A DNA stretch of 64,000 bases from an uncultured bacterium. GTDB taxonomy: Bacteria > Patescibacteriota > Minisyncoccia > Phycocordibacterales > GCA-2401445. Under the pieces are notes generated by a model that was given only the letters and a program-made list of their open reading frames with translations, was not told where the DNA came from and searched no databases. Numbering within the stretch: the first letter of the stretch is position 1; the number at the start of each line of letters is the position of its first letter. The stretch lies in assembly GCA_937952265.1 (NCBI GenBank), contig CALFYW010000016.1:270661-334660 (forward strand), written 5' to 3'. Both the position numbers and the translations under genes were made by a program. This document shows, one piece after another, positions 40,116 through 52,181 of this stretch.

Positions 40116-41282
40116 ATGGATTGGGAAAAGTCTCGGATGTCTTTTTTGAGACCTTTTGTTTTAGGATTTCAAGGGATCGATTGGATGCTTCTCGGAGCCG
40201 TCATTCCGCTTTTGTTTGCGGGCCTCATTACCATGAATTCGTTTGAAGGAGCGAATCTGTTCTTTGAGCGTCAGTTGCTCTGGATCACGCTCTCTTTGGT
40301 AGCTTTTTTTGTATTAAGCACTATCGATTTTCGTTTCTTGAGAAGAACAGGAGTCATTGTTTCCCTCTTTATTTTTGGAGTGTTGATTTTGGGTGCAACC
40401 CATGTTGTGGGGAGTACGTTTAAGGGTGCTTCCCGTTGGATTGATTTTGGTTTTTTCTCTTTTCAACCCTCAGACCTTGTTAAGATTATTCTCGTATTGA
40501 TTTTGGCAAAGTATTTTTCCCGCCGACATATTGCGATTGCGAATATTCGACATATTTTTATCTCCGGATTCTATGCTTTTACGTTTTTTGTTCTAATCTT
40601 TTTTCAGCCTGATCTGGGATCTGCCATCATCATCTTTATTATTTGGCTCGGCATGGTATTGGTTGCCGGTATTTCCAAGAAACACCTTGCGTTTATTTTC
40701 TTTATGGCTCTATTTTCAGTGCTTGGTTTGTGGCAGTATGTTTTCGAGCCGTATCAGAAGGCAAGGATTGTCACTTTTCTTCATCCGCTCGCCGATATTC
40801 AGGGGGCTGGTTATAACGCGTACCAGTCTACGATTGCAGTGGGCTCAGGACAGTTTCTTGGAAAAGGAATTGGATATGGTACGCAGTCGAAATTGCAATT
40901 TCTGCCTGAATATGAGACAGACTTCATCTTTGCTTCGTTTGCGGAAGAATGGGGGTTCATAGGCGCGATCATTCTTTTCGGTCTTTTTGGCGTGGTGTTT
41001 TGGCGCCTCATTGATGCAGCGCTTCATGGGGAAACTAATTTTGAAACATTGTATGCTACAGGACTTGCGATCTGGTTCATGTGCCATTTTACCGTTCACG
41101 TGGGAATGAATATCGGTTTATTGCCGGTTACCGGAACGACACTTCCATTTATGAGCTATGGAGGATCTCACTTATTAACTGAATTTATTGCACTCGGTAT
41201 TTTGATGGGGATGCGGCGTTATCAGCGGACGGTAGATCGTTTGTCTTTGACACGTGAAGTGGAAAGTGTAACTCATCTATAG
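40116..41282 (+). CDS. SEDS-family peptidoglycan glycosyltransferase (FtsW/RodA)
   Basis: Ten TM segments with the SEDS-conserved region (PDLGSAIIIF...GYGTQSKLQFLPEYETDFIFASFAEEWGFIG). Confidence 0.85.
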   Translation: MDWEKSRMSFLRPFVLGFQGIDWMLLGAVIPLLFAGLITMNSFEGANLFFERQLLWITLSLVAFFVLSTIDFRFLRRTGVIVSLFIFGVLILGATHVVGSTFKGASRWIDFGFFSFQPSDLVKIILVLILAKYFSRRHIAIANIRHIFISGFYAFTFFVLIFFQPDLGSAIIIFIIWLGMVLVAGISKKHLAFIFFMALFSVLGLWQYVFEPYQKARIVTFLHPLADIQGAGYNAYQSTIAVGSGQFLGKGIGYGTQSKLQFLPEYETDFIFASFAEEWGFIGAIILFGLFGVVFWRLIDAALHGETNFETLYATGLAIWFMCHFTVHVGMNIGLLPVTGTTLPFMSYGGSHLLTEFIALGILMGMRRYQRTVDRLSLTREVESVTHL

Positions 41283-42400
41283 AGTGCAATGATATTTTTA
41301 AGCATCAATTCAAGACGAAAATGGTCTCGTATTCGCTGACGGAGATTTTTTCCGTATACTTCACCCCGAGGTTCTATTTCTTTAATTGCGCGAATAATGG
41401 CAGGAGTGTTTTTAGGAGGAATAAGTATTCCGGTTTTTGTGTCGATAATCAAGGAATCAATACCTCCGGTATCAGTTGCAATCACTGGTTTCTGGTAGGT
41501 GCCGGCTTCGAGTAGGACATAAGGGAGCCCTTCCTTAATTGAAGGGAGCAAGAATAAGTCAAACCCAGGTAACAACGATGATGCGTTTTCAATAAAACCT
41601 AAGAGAAACACTCGCTGAGTTAAATTTTCTTTTTGAATAAGGCGGGAGAGTGTTTCTTTTTCAGGCCCATCACCAATGATGAAGTAATATGCGTGGGGAA
41701 TTTCTTTGATTGCGTTTATTGCGTAGTTGAGACCTTTGTTTTTTGTCAGTTCCGCAATGGTTCCAATGATGAAAGGGTTATGAAGAGGTTCCGTGTTATC
41801 TTGAATGTAAGAGAAGAGTTCAGTACGCACTCGGTTTCGATCTTTTTGTTTTTCTGGAAGAGCAATTCCTAGTGGGATAACGCGTATCTTTCTTTTGATG
41901 AGGGGGAGAAATCGGACCATCTTTTTTTCTTTGAGTGAGAGTGTAATAACATGTGATGATAAAAGTGCGGTGATCCAGCTTAATTTCATTAAGAAGAGAC
42001 GCGTGAGAAAAGGCCTATCCTCCATAAACGGCCATCCATGAACGGTAAATATTCTAGTTGAGATGCCTAGATATATCCCCGCACAGGCTCCAAGTAGCGA
42101 AGCTACTGAACTATTGAAGTGAATGATATCCGGGGCCTCTTTTTTTAACGCAAGGATGATCGCTTTCAGCGCCTTGATGTTTTGTATGGGGTTTAGCGTA
42201 TTTTTAAGGCTTGAGAGCGCGACGGTCGAGATGCCGATATCTTTAAGTTTCTGATTTAGTCGGCCCGGACTACCTGTGATGATGGTTACCTCAAATTGAT
42301 CCTGAGGAAGTGATTGTGCAATATCAAAAACATACCGGCTTGCACCACCCCATGACCCCTTAGTAATCATCAAACACACTTTACGCTTCACTGTTTCCAT
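41273..42400 (-). CDS. GT4-family glycosyltransferase
   Basis: EGLPYVLLEAGTYQKPVIATDTGG (E-x7-E region) in the C-terminal Rossmann half. Confidence 0.8.
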   Translation of the reverse strand: METVKRKVCLMITKGSWGGASRYVFDIAQSLPQDQFEVTIITGSPGRLNQKLKDIGISTVALSSLKNTLNPIQNIKALKAIILALKKEAPDIIHFNSSVASLLGACAGIYLGISTRIFTVHGWPFMEDRPFLTRLFLMKLSWITALLSSHVITLSLKEKKMVRFLPLIKRKIRVIPLGIALPEKQKDRNRVRTELFSYIQDNTEPLHNPFIIGTIAELTKNKGLNYAINAIKEIPHAYYFIIGDGPEKETLSRLIQKENLTQRVFLLGFIENASSLLPGFDLFLLPSIKEGLPYVLLEAGTYQKPVIATDTGGIDSLIIDTKTGILIPPKNTPAIIRAIKEIEPRGEVYGKNLRQRIRDHFRLELMLKNIIALYR

Positions 42401-42441
42401 ACGTTGAATTTAGGTGTTATTTATCGTATATTAATACGACT

Positions 42442-43770
42442 ATGTCAATTACTAATCGATCCGAGCCCCTCGTGCTTTTTTTGGGCGATATATTGGCATT
42501 TTTGGTGGCGTTATACATGATGCTTATTGTTCGTTATGGAGGATTTCCTCAAGGTGAGATTTTTTATGCCCACTTAGCTCCATTTGCTATTCTCTTCGTA
42601 ATATGGGCAGGAGTATTTTTTATTGCTGGGTTATATGAGAAGCACACACTTATTTTAAAAAGTAAACTGTCATCCATTATCCTCAATGCGCAAGTCTCGA
42701 ATAGTATTTTAGCAGTACTCTTCTTTTATTTTATCCCTTATTTTGGGATTACACCAAAGATAAATCTTTTTATTTACCTCTTCTTTTCTTTTTGTTTTCT
42801 CTACCTCTGGCGTATGTATGGAACTGAAGCGCTCGGTATTCGGAAACGACAGCGTGCCATTTTGATTGGAAGTGGGGATGAAATGAAGGAGTTGCGCGAT
42901 GAAGTGAATAACAACAATCGCTATCATTTATCTTTCCTTTCTTCTGTTGATTTAGATGATGTGGATGCGTTGGATGTGCAAGAAGAGTTGATCGGAAGGA
43001 TTTATGCGGAGGGAATTACAAGTATTGTGGTTGATCTGAAGCATGAGAAGATTGGGATGCTTCTCCCGCATCTCTATAACCTCATTTTCTCTAAAATTCG
43101 TTTCATTGATAAATACAAGGTATATGAGGACATCTTTGATCGCGTCCCACTTTCTTTGGTGCAGTATAATTGGTTTCTTGAGAATATCTCTCTTTCTCCA
43201 AAAATGACGTATGACACATTAAAGCGAATTATGGATATTGGGCTCTCAATTGTGTTATTGGTATGCTCGCTCCCTCTCTATCCGCTGGTATTTCTCGCGC
43301 TTCGTTTCGAGGGGAAGGGTTCAATTTTTTGTAGACAAACTCGTTTAGGAAAAAACAACGCGCACATCTCTTTAATTAAATTTCGTAGTATGACCACTTG
43401 TGATGGAAGCGGAGAAGTAACGCGGGTAGGTTCTTTTTTACGTAAGACACGTATCGATGAATTGCCACAGTTATGGAATGTCCTAAAAGGCGATCTGTCA
43501 TTAATTGGGCCACGTCCAGAACTCCCTGATTTGGCTCGGATATACGAAAAAGAAGTACCTTACTATCACGTACGCCATCTATTAAAACCAGGACTTTCCG
43601 GTTGGGCACAAATCTATCACGAACATCACCCACACCATCGTCCGGATGTTACTGAAACCAAGGTAAAATTGTCTTATGACCTTTATTACATTAAAAATCG
43701 ATCTTTTCTCTTGGATATTAAAATTGCATTGCGTACCCTCCAGATCCTTCTTTCTCGAAAAGGATTATAA
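42442..43770 (+). CDS. Polyprenyl-phosphate sugar phosphotransferase (WbaP/PglC-like bacterial sugar transferase)
   Basis: N-terminal TM bundle and C-terminal catalytic domain (DELPQLWNVLKGDLSLIGPRPELP...KPGLSGWAQI). Confidence 0.85.
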   Translation: MSITNRSEPLVLFLGDILAFLVALYMMLIVRYGGFPQGEIFYAHLAPFAILFVIWAGVFFIAGLYEKHTLILKSKLSSIILNAQVSNSILAVLFFYFIPYFGITPKINLFIYLFFSFCFLYLWRMYGTEALGIRKRQRAILIGSGDEMKELRDEVNNNNRYHLSFLSSVDLDDVDALDVQEELIGRIYAEGITSIVVDLKHEKIGMLLPHLYNLIFSKIRFIDKYKVYEDIFDRVPLSLVQYNWFLENISLSPKMTYDTLKRIMDIGLSIVLLVCSLPLYPLVFLALRFEGKGSIFCRQTRLGKNNAHISLIKFRSMTTCDGSGEVTRVGSFLRKTRIDELPQLWNVLKGDLSLIGPRPELPDLARIYEKEVPYYHVRHLLKPGLSGWAQIYHEHHPHHRPDVTETKVKLSYDLYYIKNRSFLLDIKIALRTLQILLSRKGL

Positions 43771-43779
43771 CTATCACCT

Positions 43780-44946
43780 ATGATGAAAGATAAAGCCGTT
43801 GAGCGTTTAATTAAAAGGGAAGCAGTCAGACAGAAAAAATTCTGGAATTTAATTGCTTCCGAAAATTATGTTTCTGCTGATGTACTTAAAGCGCTCGGTT
43901 CGGTGCTTACGAATAAATACGCGGAAGGTTACGTATCAGCACGATATTACGGGGGGAATGAGGTCATTGATATGCTTGAGAAGCTTGCTCAGGATCGAGC
44001 ACGTAAAACTTTTAAACTTTCTTTGGATGAATGGCACGTGAATGTACAGCCTCTCTCAGGGTCTCCAGCAAATATCGCTGTATATCTTGCACTCGTCCCT
44101 TTTGGCGGAAAAATTATGGGTATGTCGCTTGATCATGGAGGGCATTTAACTCATGGGCATAAAGTCTCCCTTTCAGGTAAAGCGTGGAAGCAGGTGTCTT
44201 ACGGTGTTGATACCAAGACTGAAACACTTAATTATGACGATCTTCTTTCTCTGGCACAGAAAGAAAGACCTAATCTGATAGTGGCAGGATTTACCGCATA
44301 CCCACGCATCATTGACTGGAAGCGTTTTCGAGAGATTGCTGATTCAGTGGGAGCAATCTTAACGGTTGATATGTCCCACATTGCCGGGCTTATTGCCGGA
44401 GATCAATATCCGACACCTTTTATGTATGCGGATGTTGTAACAAGTACGGTGCACAAGACGCTCCGTGGTCCTCGAGCAGCAATGATTTTTTGTAAAAAAG
44501 AATACGCATCGAAGATTGATAAGGCAGTGTTCCCTGGGCTTCAGGGAGGACCACACATAAATCAAATCGCAGGGACCGCTATCGCGCTTAAAGAAGCATC
44601 CCAGCCTTCGTTTCGCGCGTATGCTCGTCAGGTAATTAAAAATGCTCACGCGCTCGCTGAAGCGCTCAAGATGTTCGGATGGCGTCTTGTCTCTGGAGGC
44701 ACTGATACACATCTCATTCTCGTGGACACGTGGATGGAAGGGAAAGGTATAAGCGGAAAGGAGGCAAGTGATCGTTTAGAACGTGAGGGGATTGTGGTGA
44801 ATAAAAATACAATTCCTTATGATACGCGAAAGCCTGCTGACCCATCGGGTATACGCCTTGGTACTGCCGCAGAAACCACACGAGGAAAGAAAGAAAAAGA
44901 TTTTATTCGTCTTGCAAAAAAAATTGATACGATTCTTCGGTCATGA
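43780..44946 (+). CDS. glyA: Serine hydroxymethyltransferase
   Basis: WNLIASENYVSADVLKALGSVLTNKYAEGY and a PLP site TSTVHKTLRGPR (lysine in HKT). Confidence 0.9.
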   Translation: MMKDKAVERLIKREAVRQKKFWNLIASENYVSADVLKALGSVLTNKYAEGYVSARYYGGNEVIDMLEKLAQDRARKTFKLSLDEWHVNVQPLSGSPANIAVYLALVPFGGKIMGMSLDHGGHLTHGHKVSLSGKAWKQVSYGVDTKTETLNYDDLLSLAQKERPNLIVAGFTAYPRIIDWKRFREIADSVGAILTVDMSHIAGLIAGDQYPTPFMYADVVTSTVHKTLRGPRAAMIFCKKEYASKIDKAVFPGLQGGPHINQIAGTAIALKEASQPSFRAYARQVIKNAHALAEALKMFGWRLVSGGTDTHLILVDTWMEGKGISGKEASDRLEREGIVVNKNTIPYDTRKPADPSGIRLGTAAETTRGKKEKDFIRLAKKIDTILRS

Positions 44947-45752
44947 TATTCGATGGACGCACATGTGCGCAAGAAATACAAAATAGGTTACACCGCGCGT
45001 TTAATACCTACCGAGGTGAATTACTCGTGCATGTAGTTTCAGTTGGAGACTCTAAGGTATCACGTGACTACATGAGGAGGAAAAAAGAAGTGGGGGAATC
45101 AATCGGTGTTTCTCTTGTGTGTGACTCATTTGGAGACTCCATATCAGAAGAAGCACTCGCTGATGTATTACGGAAGAAGGCTCTCGACCCGCATATTCAT
45201 GGTCTCGTACTTCAGTTGCCAGTTCCAGATTCATGGTCAACTGAAGCGCTGGTTAAGGAGATACCGCCTGACAAAGACATTGATGCGTTAGGAGTGGCTC
45301 CACGCGTATATCCTCCGGTAGTTGAGGCAATACGTGAGATTTTTAAACGAGAGGGATTGCATGCTCAAGGTAAAAAAGCGGTCGTGATTGGAAGGGGAAG
45401 ATTGGTGGGTGTTCCCGTATTTGAGTGGCTCACGAAAGAAGGAGCTCGCGTTAAATCTTTTGATCGTTCACAGGAGGGCCTGCAGGAAGCATTAAGTGAG
45501 GCGGAGATCATCGTGTCTGGCGCTGGTTCTCCCGGGCTCATCACCCCCGACCTACTACCTTCAAACGGAAAAGTTATCTTACTTGACGCGGGAACGAGTG
45601 AGGCAAGTGGGAAGATTGTAGGGGATGCAGACCCGCAATGTGCTCAAAAATGCGCCCTTTTTACCCCTGTTCCTGGGGGTATTGGCCCCATGACGCTCGT
45701 GATGCTCTTTCGAAATTTGGCATTCCTTCAACGAATCCCGTTTGATTTTTAG
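44943..45752 (+). CDS. folD: Bifunctional methylene-THF dehydrogenase/cyclohydrolase FolD
   Basis: VVIGRGRLVGVPV NAD(P)-binding site and PVPGGIGPMT motif; ATGA overlap with glyA. Confidence 0.85.
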   Translation: MIFDGRTCAQEIQNRLHRAFNTYRGELLVHVVSVGDSKVSRDYMRRKKEVGESIGVSLVCDSFGDSISEEALADVLRKKALDPHIHGLVLQLPVPDSWSTEALVKEIPPDKDIDALGVAPRVYPPVVEAIREIFKREGLHAQGKKAVVIGRGRLVGVPVFEWLTKEGARVKSFDRSQEGLQEALSEAEIIVSGAGSPGLITPDLLPSNGKVILLDAGTSEASGKIVGDADPQCAQKCALFTPVPGGIGPMTLVMLFRNLAFLQRIPFDF

Positions 45753-45778
45753 GGGCGAGTTCTTATAATAGCGTTAAT

Positions 45779-47119
45779 ATGTGGAAAATAAGGATATTAG
45801 CTCTCGTCATTCTTTTTCTTGCAACTGGTCTTGGTTTTTTTGTCTACCTCTCTGAAACGAGACCAGAGAGCAATTTTCGTTTTTCATTCGGACTTGATTT
45901 ATCCGGAGGAAGCCATTTAGTATATCGAGCTGACACCAGTACGCTTAACCCGCGAGACGTCGAAGACTCTATGGAAGCGCTACGAGATGTTATTGAACGA
46001 CGTGTTAATTTGTTTGGCGTCTCAGAACCATTGGTTCAAGTAGAACATGGGAGTATCTTAGGAAGCCAGCGCGACCGTCTCATTGTTGAACTTCCTGGAG
46101 TGAGTGATGTAGGCGAGGCTGTTGCCCGTATTGGAGAAACGCCATTGCTTGAATTTAAACTCCTAAAGAATGATATTGTGTTTCCTGAAGAAGCAGAGGT
46201 TACGGCTGAAGAGCTTGCATCGTTTTTTGAACCAACCGGACTCACGGGCCGACTGCTCAAGAGGGCAGAACTCCAGTTTGGAAACGGGAGCCATTCCGGA
46301 CTTTCCAATGAACCAATCGTCCTCATAACGTTTACTGATGAAGGCGCAAAGCTATTTGCTTCTATCACTAAAGAAAATGTGGGCAGGGTGCTTGCTATTT
46401 TCCTCGACGGTGTGCCCTTATCGAACCCGGTCATTCAACAGGAGATTATTGGTGGCACCGCCCAGATCTCCGGGGGGTTTACTCCCGAGGAGGCTCGTGA
46501 TCTTGTTCGAGAATTAAACTTTGGTGCATTACCAGTCCCTATTGAATTAATATCAACACAAACCGTTGGAGCGTCATTAGGTAGCCAGGCGGTAGAATCT
46601 GGGGTCTATGCGGGCATGGTTGGACTGCTTCTCGTCACACTTTTCTTAGTGGTGTGGTATCGTCTTCCCGGGTTTGTCGCAGTTCTCTCTCTTGGGGTAT
46701 ACATTATTATCATGCTCACCTTTTTCAAATTGATCCCAGTCACCCTCACCGCTGCTGGGATTGCGGGATTTATTCTTTCCATCGGTATGGCGGTTGATGC
46801 GAATATTTTAATTTTCGAGAGAATTCGTGATGAACTCAAACGAGGAGCAACTGTTTCCGATGCGGTGGAAGCAGGGTTTAAACGAGCGTGGCTTCCCATT
46901 CGGGATAGTAATATTTCAAGTATTATTACCGCGGGCATCTTATTTTGGTTCGGTACGTCTCTCGTTGAAGGGTTTGCCCTCACGTTTGGACTCGGTGTGC
47001 TGATCAGTATGTTTACGGCGATCACCATTACCAAAGTGTTTATGCGGTCTGTGGTATGGTCTGATTCAGGGACAATGCGCTTCTTCTTTGGAAGTAGATT
47101 TGGCACGGTTAAAAAATAA
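45779..47119 (+). CDS. secD: Protein translocase subunit SecD
   Basis: Periplasmic domain then six TM segments (GIAGFILSIGMAVDANILIFERIRDE). Confidence 0.9.
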   Translation: MWKIRILALVILFLATGLGFFVYLSETRPESNFRFSFGLDLSGGSHLVYRADTSTLNPRDVEDSMEALRDVIERRVNLFGVSEPLVQVEHGSILGSQRDRLIVELPGVSDVGEAVARIGETPLLEFKLLKNDIVFPEEAEVTAEELASFFEPTGLTGRLLKRAELQFGNGSHSGLSNEPIVLITFTDEGAKLFASITKENVGRVLAIFLDGVPLSNPVIQQEIIGGTAQISGGFTPEEARDLVRELNFGALPVPIELISTQTVGASLGSQAVESGVYAGMVGLLLVTLFLVVWYRLPGFVAVLSLGVYIIIMLTFFKLIPVTLTAAGIAGFILSIGMAVDANILIFERIRDELKRGATVSDAVEAGFKRAWLPIRDSNISSIITAGILFWFGTSLVEGFALTFGLGVLISMFTAITITKVFMRSVVWSDSGTMRFFFGSRFGTVKK

Positions 47120-47124
47120 CTATT

Positions 47125-48024
47125 ATGTTTGTTATTCAACATCACAAATTCTTTTTTATTCTCACCGCCTTATTATTCTTGGTTTCTTTAGGGGGGATTA
47201 TCGGTGTCGGTGTTCCGGTGGGAATTGATTTTAAAGGAGGCGCGCTTCTTGAAATAAGCTACCCGGGAGAACGGCCAGAAGTCTCACTTTTGGAAGAGCG
47301 TATACGCTCGCTTCCTATTGGGGGTTTTTCAATACGAGAAACAGGGGATACGGGTTATATTATTCGCACCAGGGCACTCAATGAGGCAGAGCATCAGGCG
47401 ATACTTGCCCTACTTTCTCAAGATGAAGGCCTTAATCCCACTGAAGAACGTTTTACCACGATCGGGCCTGTTATTGGCCAAGAGTTGCGCAATAAAGCAT
47501 TAGTTGCCATTGTCTTAGTATTACTTGCCATCATCCTCTTTATCGCGTATGCGTTTCGTGGTGTTTCAGAAATCGTATCTTCATGGAAGTACGGTATTGT
47601 TGCAGTCATTACCCTGGTCCATGATATCGTTATTCCCTCGGGAGCGTTTGTTGCCTATAGCATGTTGACGGGAGCAGAGCTCGATATTCTCTTCGTCATG
47701 GCTCTTCTTGCTATTCTCGGTTATTCGGTTAACGATACGATTGTAATTTTTGATCGAGTAAGAGAGAACCTGAAAATAAATCAGGAGCAGAATGTGGTAA
47801 GCACCTTCCGCGAGACTGTTGGACAGAGCCTATCTCAGACCTACGTTCGTTCAATCAATACATCATTAACTACCGCTTTTGTCTTACTCATGTTGTTTCT
47901 GCTCGGGGGGAGCGCGATTGAAGCGTTCGCCTTCGTACTTTTAGTAGGAGTCATTGCGGGTACGTATTCATCCCTCTTTTTTGCGGCTCCATTATTGGTT
48001 TGGATTCAAGGTAGAAAGCAATAA
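47125..48024 (+). CDS. secF: Protein translocase subunit SecF
   Basis: LAILGYSVNDTIVIFDRVREN motif; adjacent to secD. Confidence 0.9.
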   Translation: MFVIQHHKFFFILTALLFLVSLGGIIGVGVPVGIDFKGGALLEISYPGERPEVSLLEERIRSLPIGGFSIRETGDTGYIIRTRALNEAEHQAILALLSQDEGLNPTEERFTTIGPVIGQELRNKALVAIVLVLLAIILFIAYAFRGVSEIVSSWKYGIVAVITLVHDIVIPSGAFVAYSMLTGAELDILFVMALLAILGYSVNDTIVIFDRVRENLKINQEQNVVSTFRETVGQSLSQTYVRSINTSLTTAFVLLMLFLLGGSAIEAFAFVLLVGVIAGTYSSLFFAAPLLVWIQGRKQ

Positions 48025-48055
48025 TAGATCGTCTTTTTAAGGCGATTATCCCTCC

Positions 48056-48084
48056 TTGACGGGTTGCGAGTTATGATTATACTA
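48056..48084 (+). promoter_or_regulatory. Candidate sigma70-type promoter for the 16S rRNA gene
   Basis: TTGACG, a 16-17-nt spacer, then TATACT about 200 nt upstream of the 16S 5' end. Confidence 0.4.
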
Positions 48085-48280
48085 GTATTACCTCTAGTAA
48101 AAGAGGGGCTCTTTGAAAATATATCACAATGGTGAGACATATATAGCAAAGCTGTATATGTGCAAGTCAACACACAATAAACGCAATAATTCAGCGAACA
48201 AATAAAATACTATTTTTTACTTTGTTCCGTTCAACCTTTCAAAGGATACTTCACTTGATTTTTCAAGATTATCTTTTGAA

Positions 48281-49875
<1,595 letters not shown>

Positions 49876-50130
49876 CTAAATTTTTTTTAGAGCTGAAATG
49901 GTCGTTCAGAACTTTTGTTCTGGGATAATGATTCTATATCCTAAAGAAGAATCTGGCTTTCAGGAAAGACTGAATTATGAACGGAACAAAGTAAAACATA
50001 GTATTTGAGACAAAAACCACACAATAACATGTGTGGTTTTTGTGTGATTTCGAAGTCGTAATATTGACAAGTATATGCTTATACAGTATCTTTTTATGGG
50101 TTCCTTCTCACGTTCTAGGAAAGGAGTGTT

Positions 50131-50427
50131 ATGAAAGCATACAAAGAAAGAAAGAGGGTATCAATTTCATTGTATCCTCGCTGTTGGGAGTTCAAATTTC
50201 AGATTGATCCATTTGGATTACCAGCACCATTGCCGTTGCCGAGAACGAAAAGGAAGAAGAGTAAGAAAACAGATACAAAACATCGCGTCAGCGCACCGGA
50301 TCCGAGAGCACTTTTCTCTCGGAAGGAAAAAATGTTTGGGTTTTTAGGAATGCTTATCCTATGGCTCAGTATGGGACTGTTTTGGTTCTTTCGCGATCAG
50401 ACACTCGAGCGTTTATATGCTCGTTGA
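50131..50427 (+). CDS. Small basic protein with C-terminal TM helix (98 aa)
   Basis: Strong RBS aggaaaggag 5 nt before the ATG; two hairpins plus a T-run immediately after the stop. Confidence 0.4.
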   Translation: MKAYKERKRVSISLYPRCWEFKFQIDPFGLPAPLPLPRTKRKKSKKTDTKHRVSAPDPRALFSRKEKMFGFLGMLILWLSMGLFWFFRDQTLERLYAR

Positions 50428-50514
50428 TCTCCCTTTCAGGGAGTCAAAAGCCTCGTTTTTATAACGAGGTTTTTGTTTGAATCATCCCGTACAATCTGCT
50501 ATATTAAGCTTCAT

Positions 50515-50591
50515 GCGCGTGTAGCTCAGCTGGTTAGAGCGCGTCACTGATAATGACGAGGTCCCAGGTTCGAGTCCTGGCATGCGCACCA
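50515..50591 (+). tRNA. tRNA-Ile (GAT), CCA encoded
   Basis: Cloverleaf parsed by hand: acceptor gcgcgtg/catgcgc, anticodon loop ctGATaa, T loop ttcgagt. Confidence 0.9.
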
Positions 50592-50971
50592 AAACATGAC
50601 TTTCCGGCTTTTTGAGAGCCAGATCGTGGGCGGCACTTTGTGCCGCCCACTGATTTTGCGGCGCTACCGCGCCGCCGCAGGCGGCGAAATGCGTTCGAAC
50701 TATTTTAAGAATGGAGCACCAGAATAGAACTTAACGGTTTTGAACCAACAGCGGAGTGGGCGGGGTGTTCTCCGAGCGTAGGATTTAGGTCAGAGCCACC
50801 ACGCGCTCCGGGCGTGGCACATTGTCAGTGATTTTGAAAATAGGTTCTAACTTGGTACAGTAAAGACACCAATATCAAAAACTAACCTGAAAGCTCAGGT
50901 GAGTCCGCCACGAAGATGGAGAAAAGATCAATTTGAGTTTTGAATGACATGCTTACTGATAATATTAGAAA

Positions 50972-51532
50972 TTGTACTTATGGTATCATTTATGTATTAA
51001 AATAATTTTTAAAAATGATATGTTTATTTTAAAAAGTGACAACACTACAAAGATCTCAGGTTTTTATAGCATACTCAATACTCCTGTTGGTGGAAACCTT
51101 TTATCTATCATTTTAACCGCTCTCTATTTTAGTGTGCTCTTTATTGTCATTTTGGGAATTACACACAATTGGAATGAAGAATTTTCTAATTTTAGTTTTG
51201 ATTTATACTTATTAGCTGAGTCAATCTTTCCTCTGTTGTTTTTTTTAGTGCTCGCTGTGGCAATACATAAGAAATGGACGATTGCTTTTTATACTTATGG
51301 TTGTCTCTTTGCTCTTGCGGCTTTGATTTTGATCTTATATCCATCCTCTGAGAACGACCCTTTTACATTAGTTCTTTTGTTTTCTATCCCAGTATTTTTT
51401 ATTACCCTCTTTCTTTCTGCAGTTTTACGGCCGGTATTTCGTTTAGGGATCGGAATTCGGATTACGCTTGGTGTTATTCCATTTCTGATAATATTTTTTG
51501 TATTTATTTTTAGAATGTGGAATATAATCTAA
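50972..51532 (+). CDS. Hypothetical polytopic membrane protein
   Basis: 186 aa with five or six hydrophobic helices; AT-rich segment; no motif. Confidence 0.4.
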   Translation: MYLWYHLCIKIIFKNDMFILKSDNTTKISGFYSILNTPVGGNLLSIILTALYFSVLFIVILGITHNWNEEFSNFSFDLYLLAESIFPLLFFLVLAVAIHKKWTIAFYTYGCLFALAALILILYPSSENDPFTLVLLFSIPVFFITLFLSAVLRPVFRLGIGIRITLGVIPFLIIFFVFIFRMWNII

Positions 51533-51914
51533 CCAATGAAAATTGAGTTTTTGGTTGAGGTGGGTGGAGTAATTTTGATATTCGAGATATAGGTTTTGGC
51601 AATGGAAACCATACCTACATCCGAATTCCTCAATGGAAAGATCGTTATAAGCTTATCCATGATGAATTTCAGTATGGAGTAGACGATAAAATCCGTAGTT
51701 GTCCTCGCCATTTTATTGATTCGACAACCTTAGCAGTACCCTCGTCTATGGTATGGTACTTAAAGAAACTCAATAGCAGCTTTCGCATCATTGATCTTGA
51801 GAAAGAAAAAGATCTAAGACTTGTGTCATTTTTTGCTAACTAAATTCATATAAAGTCGTGGTCTTTTTCCAAAGAAGATTGGTCATTCCAATCTTCTTTT
51901 TATATAATACACAC

Positions 51915-52142
51915 GTGGCGCGACGAAAACGACGACATTCACTTTTAAATTATTTTGTAGATAATCTGCTTGTCGTAGCGGGACTCGTTTTTATTTGGCG
52001 GGGGATTTGGTATGTACTTGATTGGATTGATATTACTTTTTTAAATGGAAACCATGTGATCACTGCGGTCGGTGGCATCATCGGCGGGCTCTTGGTCTTA
52101 TATCTTCCAGATAAAGATCTCAAGGAGATCCAAAAATTATAA
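51915..52142 (+). CDS. Small membrane protein (GTG start; ORF opens at 51858 but is preceded by a hairpin)
   Basis: TATAAT at 51904-51909 a few nt before an in-frame GTG; one TM helix; speculative. Confidence 0.25.
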   Translation: MARRKRRHSLLNYFVDNLLVVAGLVFIWRGIWYVLDWIDITFLNGNHVITAVGGIIGGLLVLYLPDKDLKEIQKL

Positions 52143-52181
52143 ATCTTTATTAAAAGTCTTATTTTTGCTACTATACGCACT

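Noticed and set aside
49921-49950. ggataatgattctatatcctaaagaag downstream of 16S, superficially like the E. coli 16S end plus spacer start (GGATCACCTCCTTACCTTAAAGAAG)
   Set aside because: The CCUCC core is replaced, and the resemblance rests on spacer sequence that is not conserved across phyla; treated as coincidence, not a displaced 3' exon.
50592-50971. Attempt to assign the hairpin-rich region to RNase P RNA, tmRNA or SRP RNA
   Set aside because: The conserved blocks of those RNAs (P4 GGAAAGUCCGG and GGUAAGAGCGCACC; tmRNA UUCGACG and a tag ORF ending in AA-stop; SRP GGAA-tetraloop domain IV) were not found by eye, so it is left unassigned.
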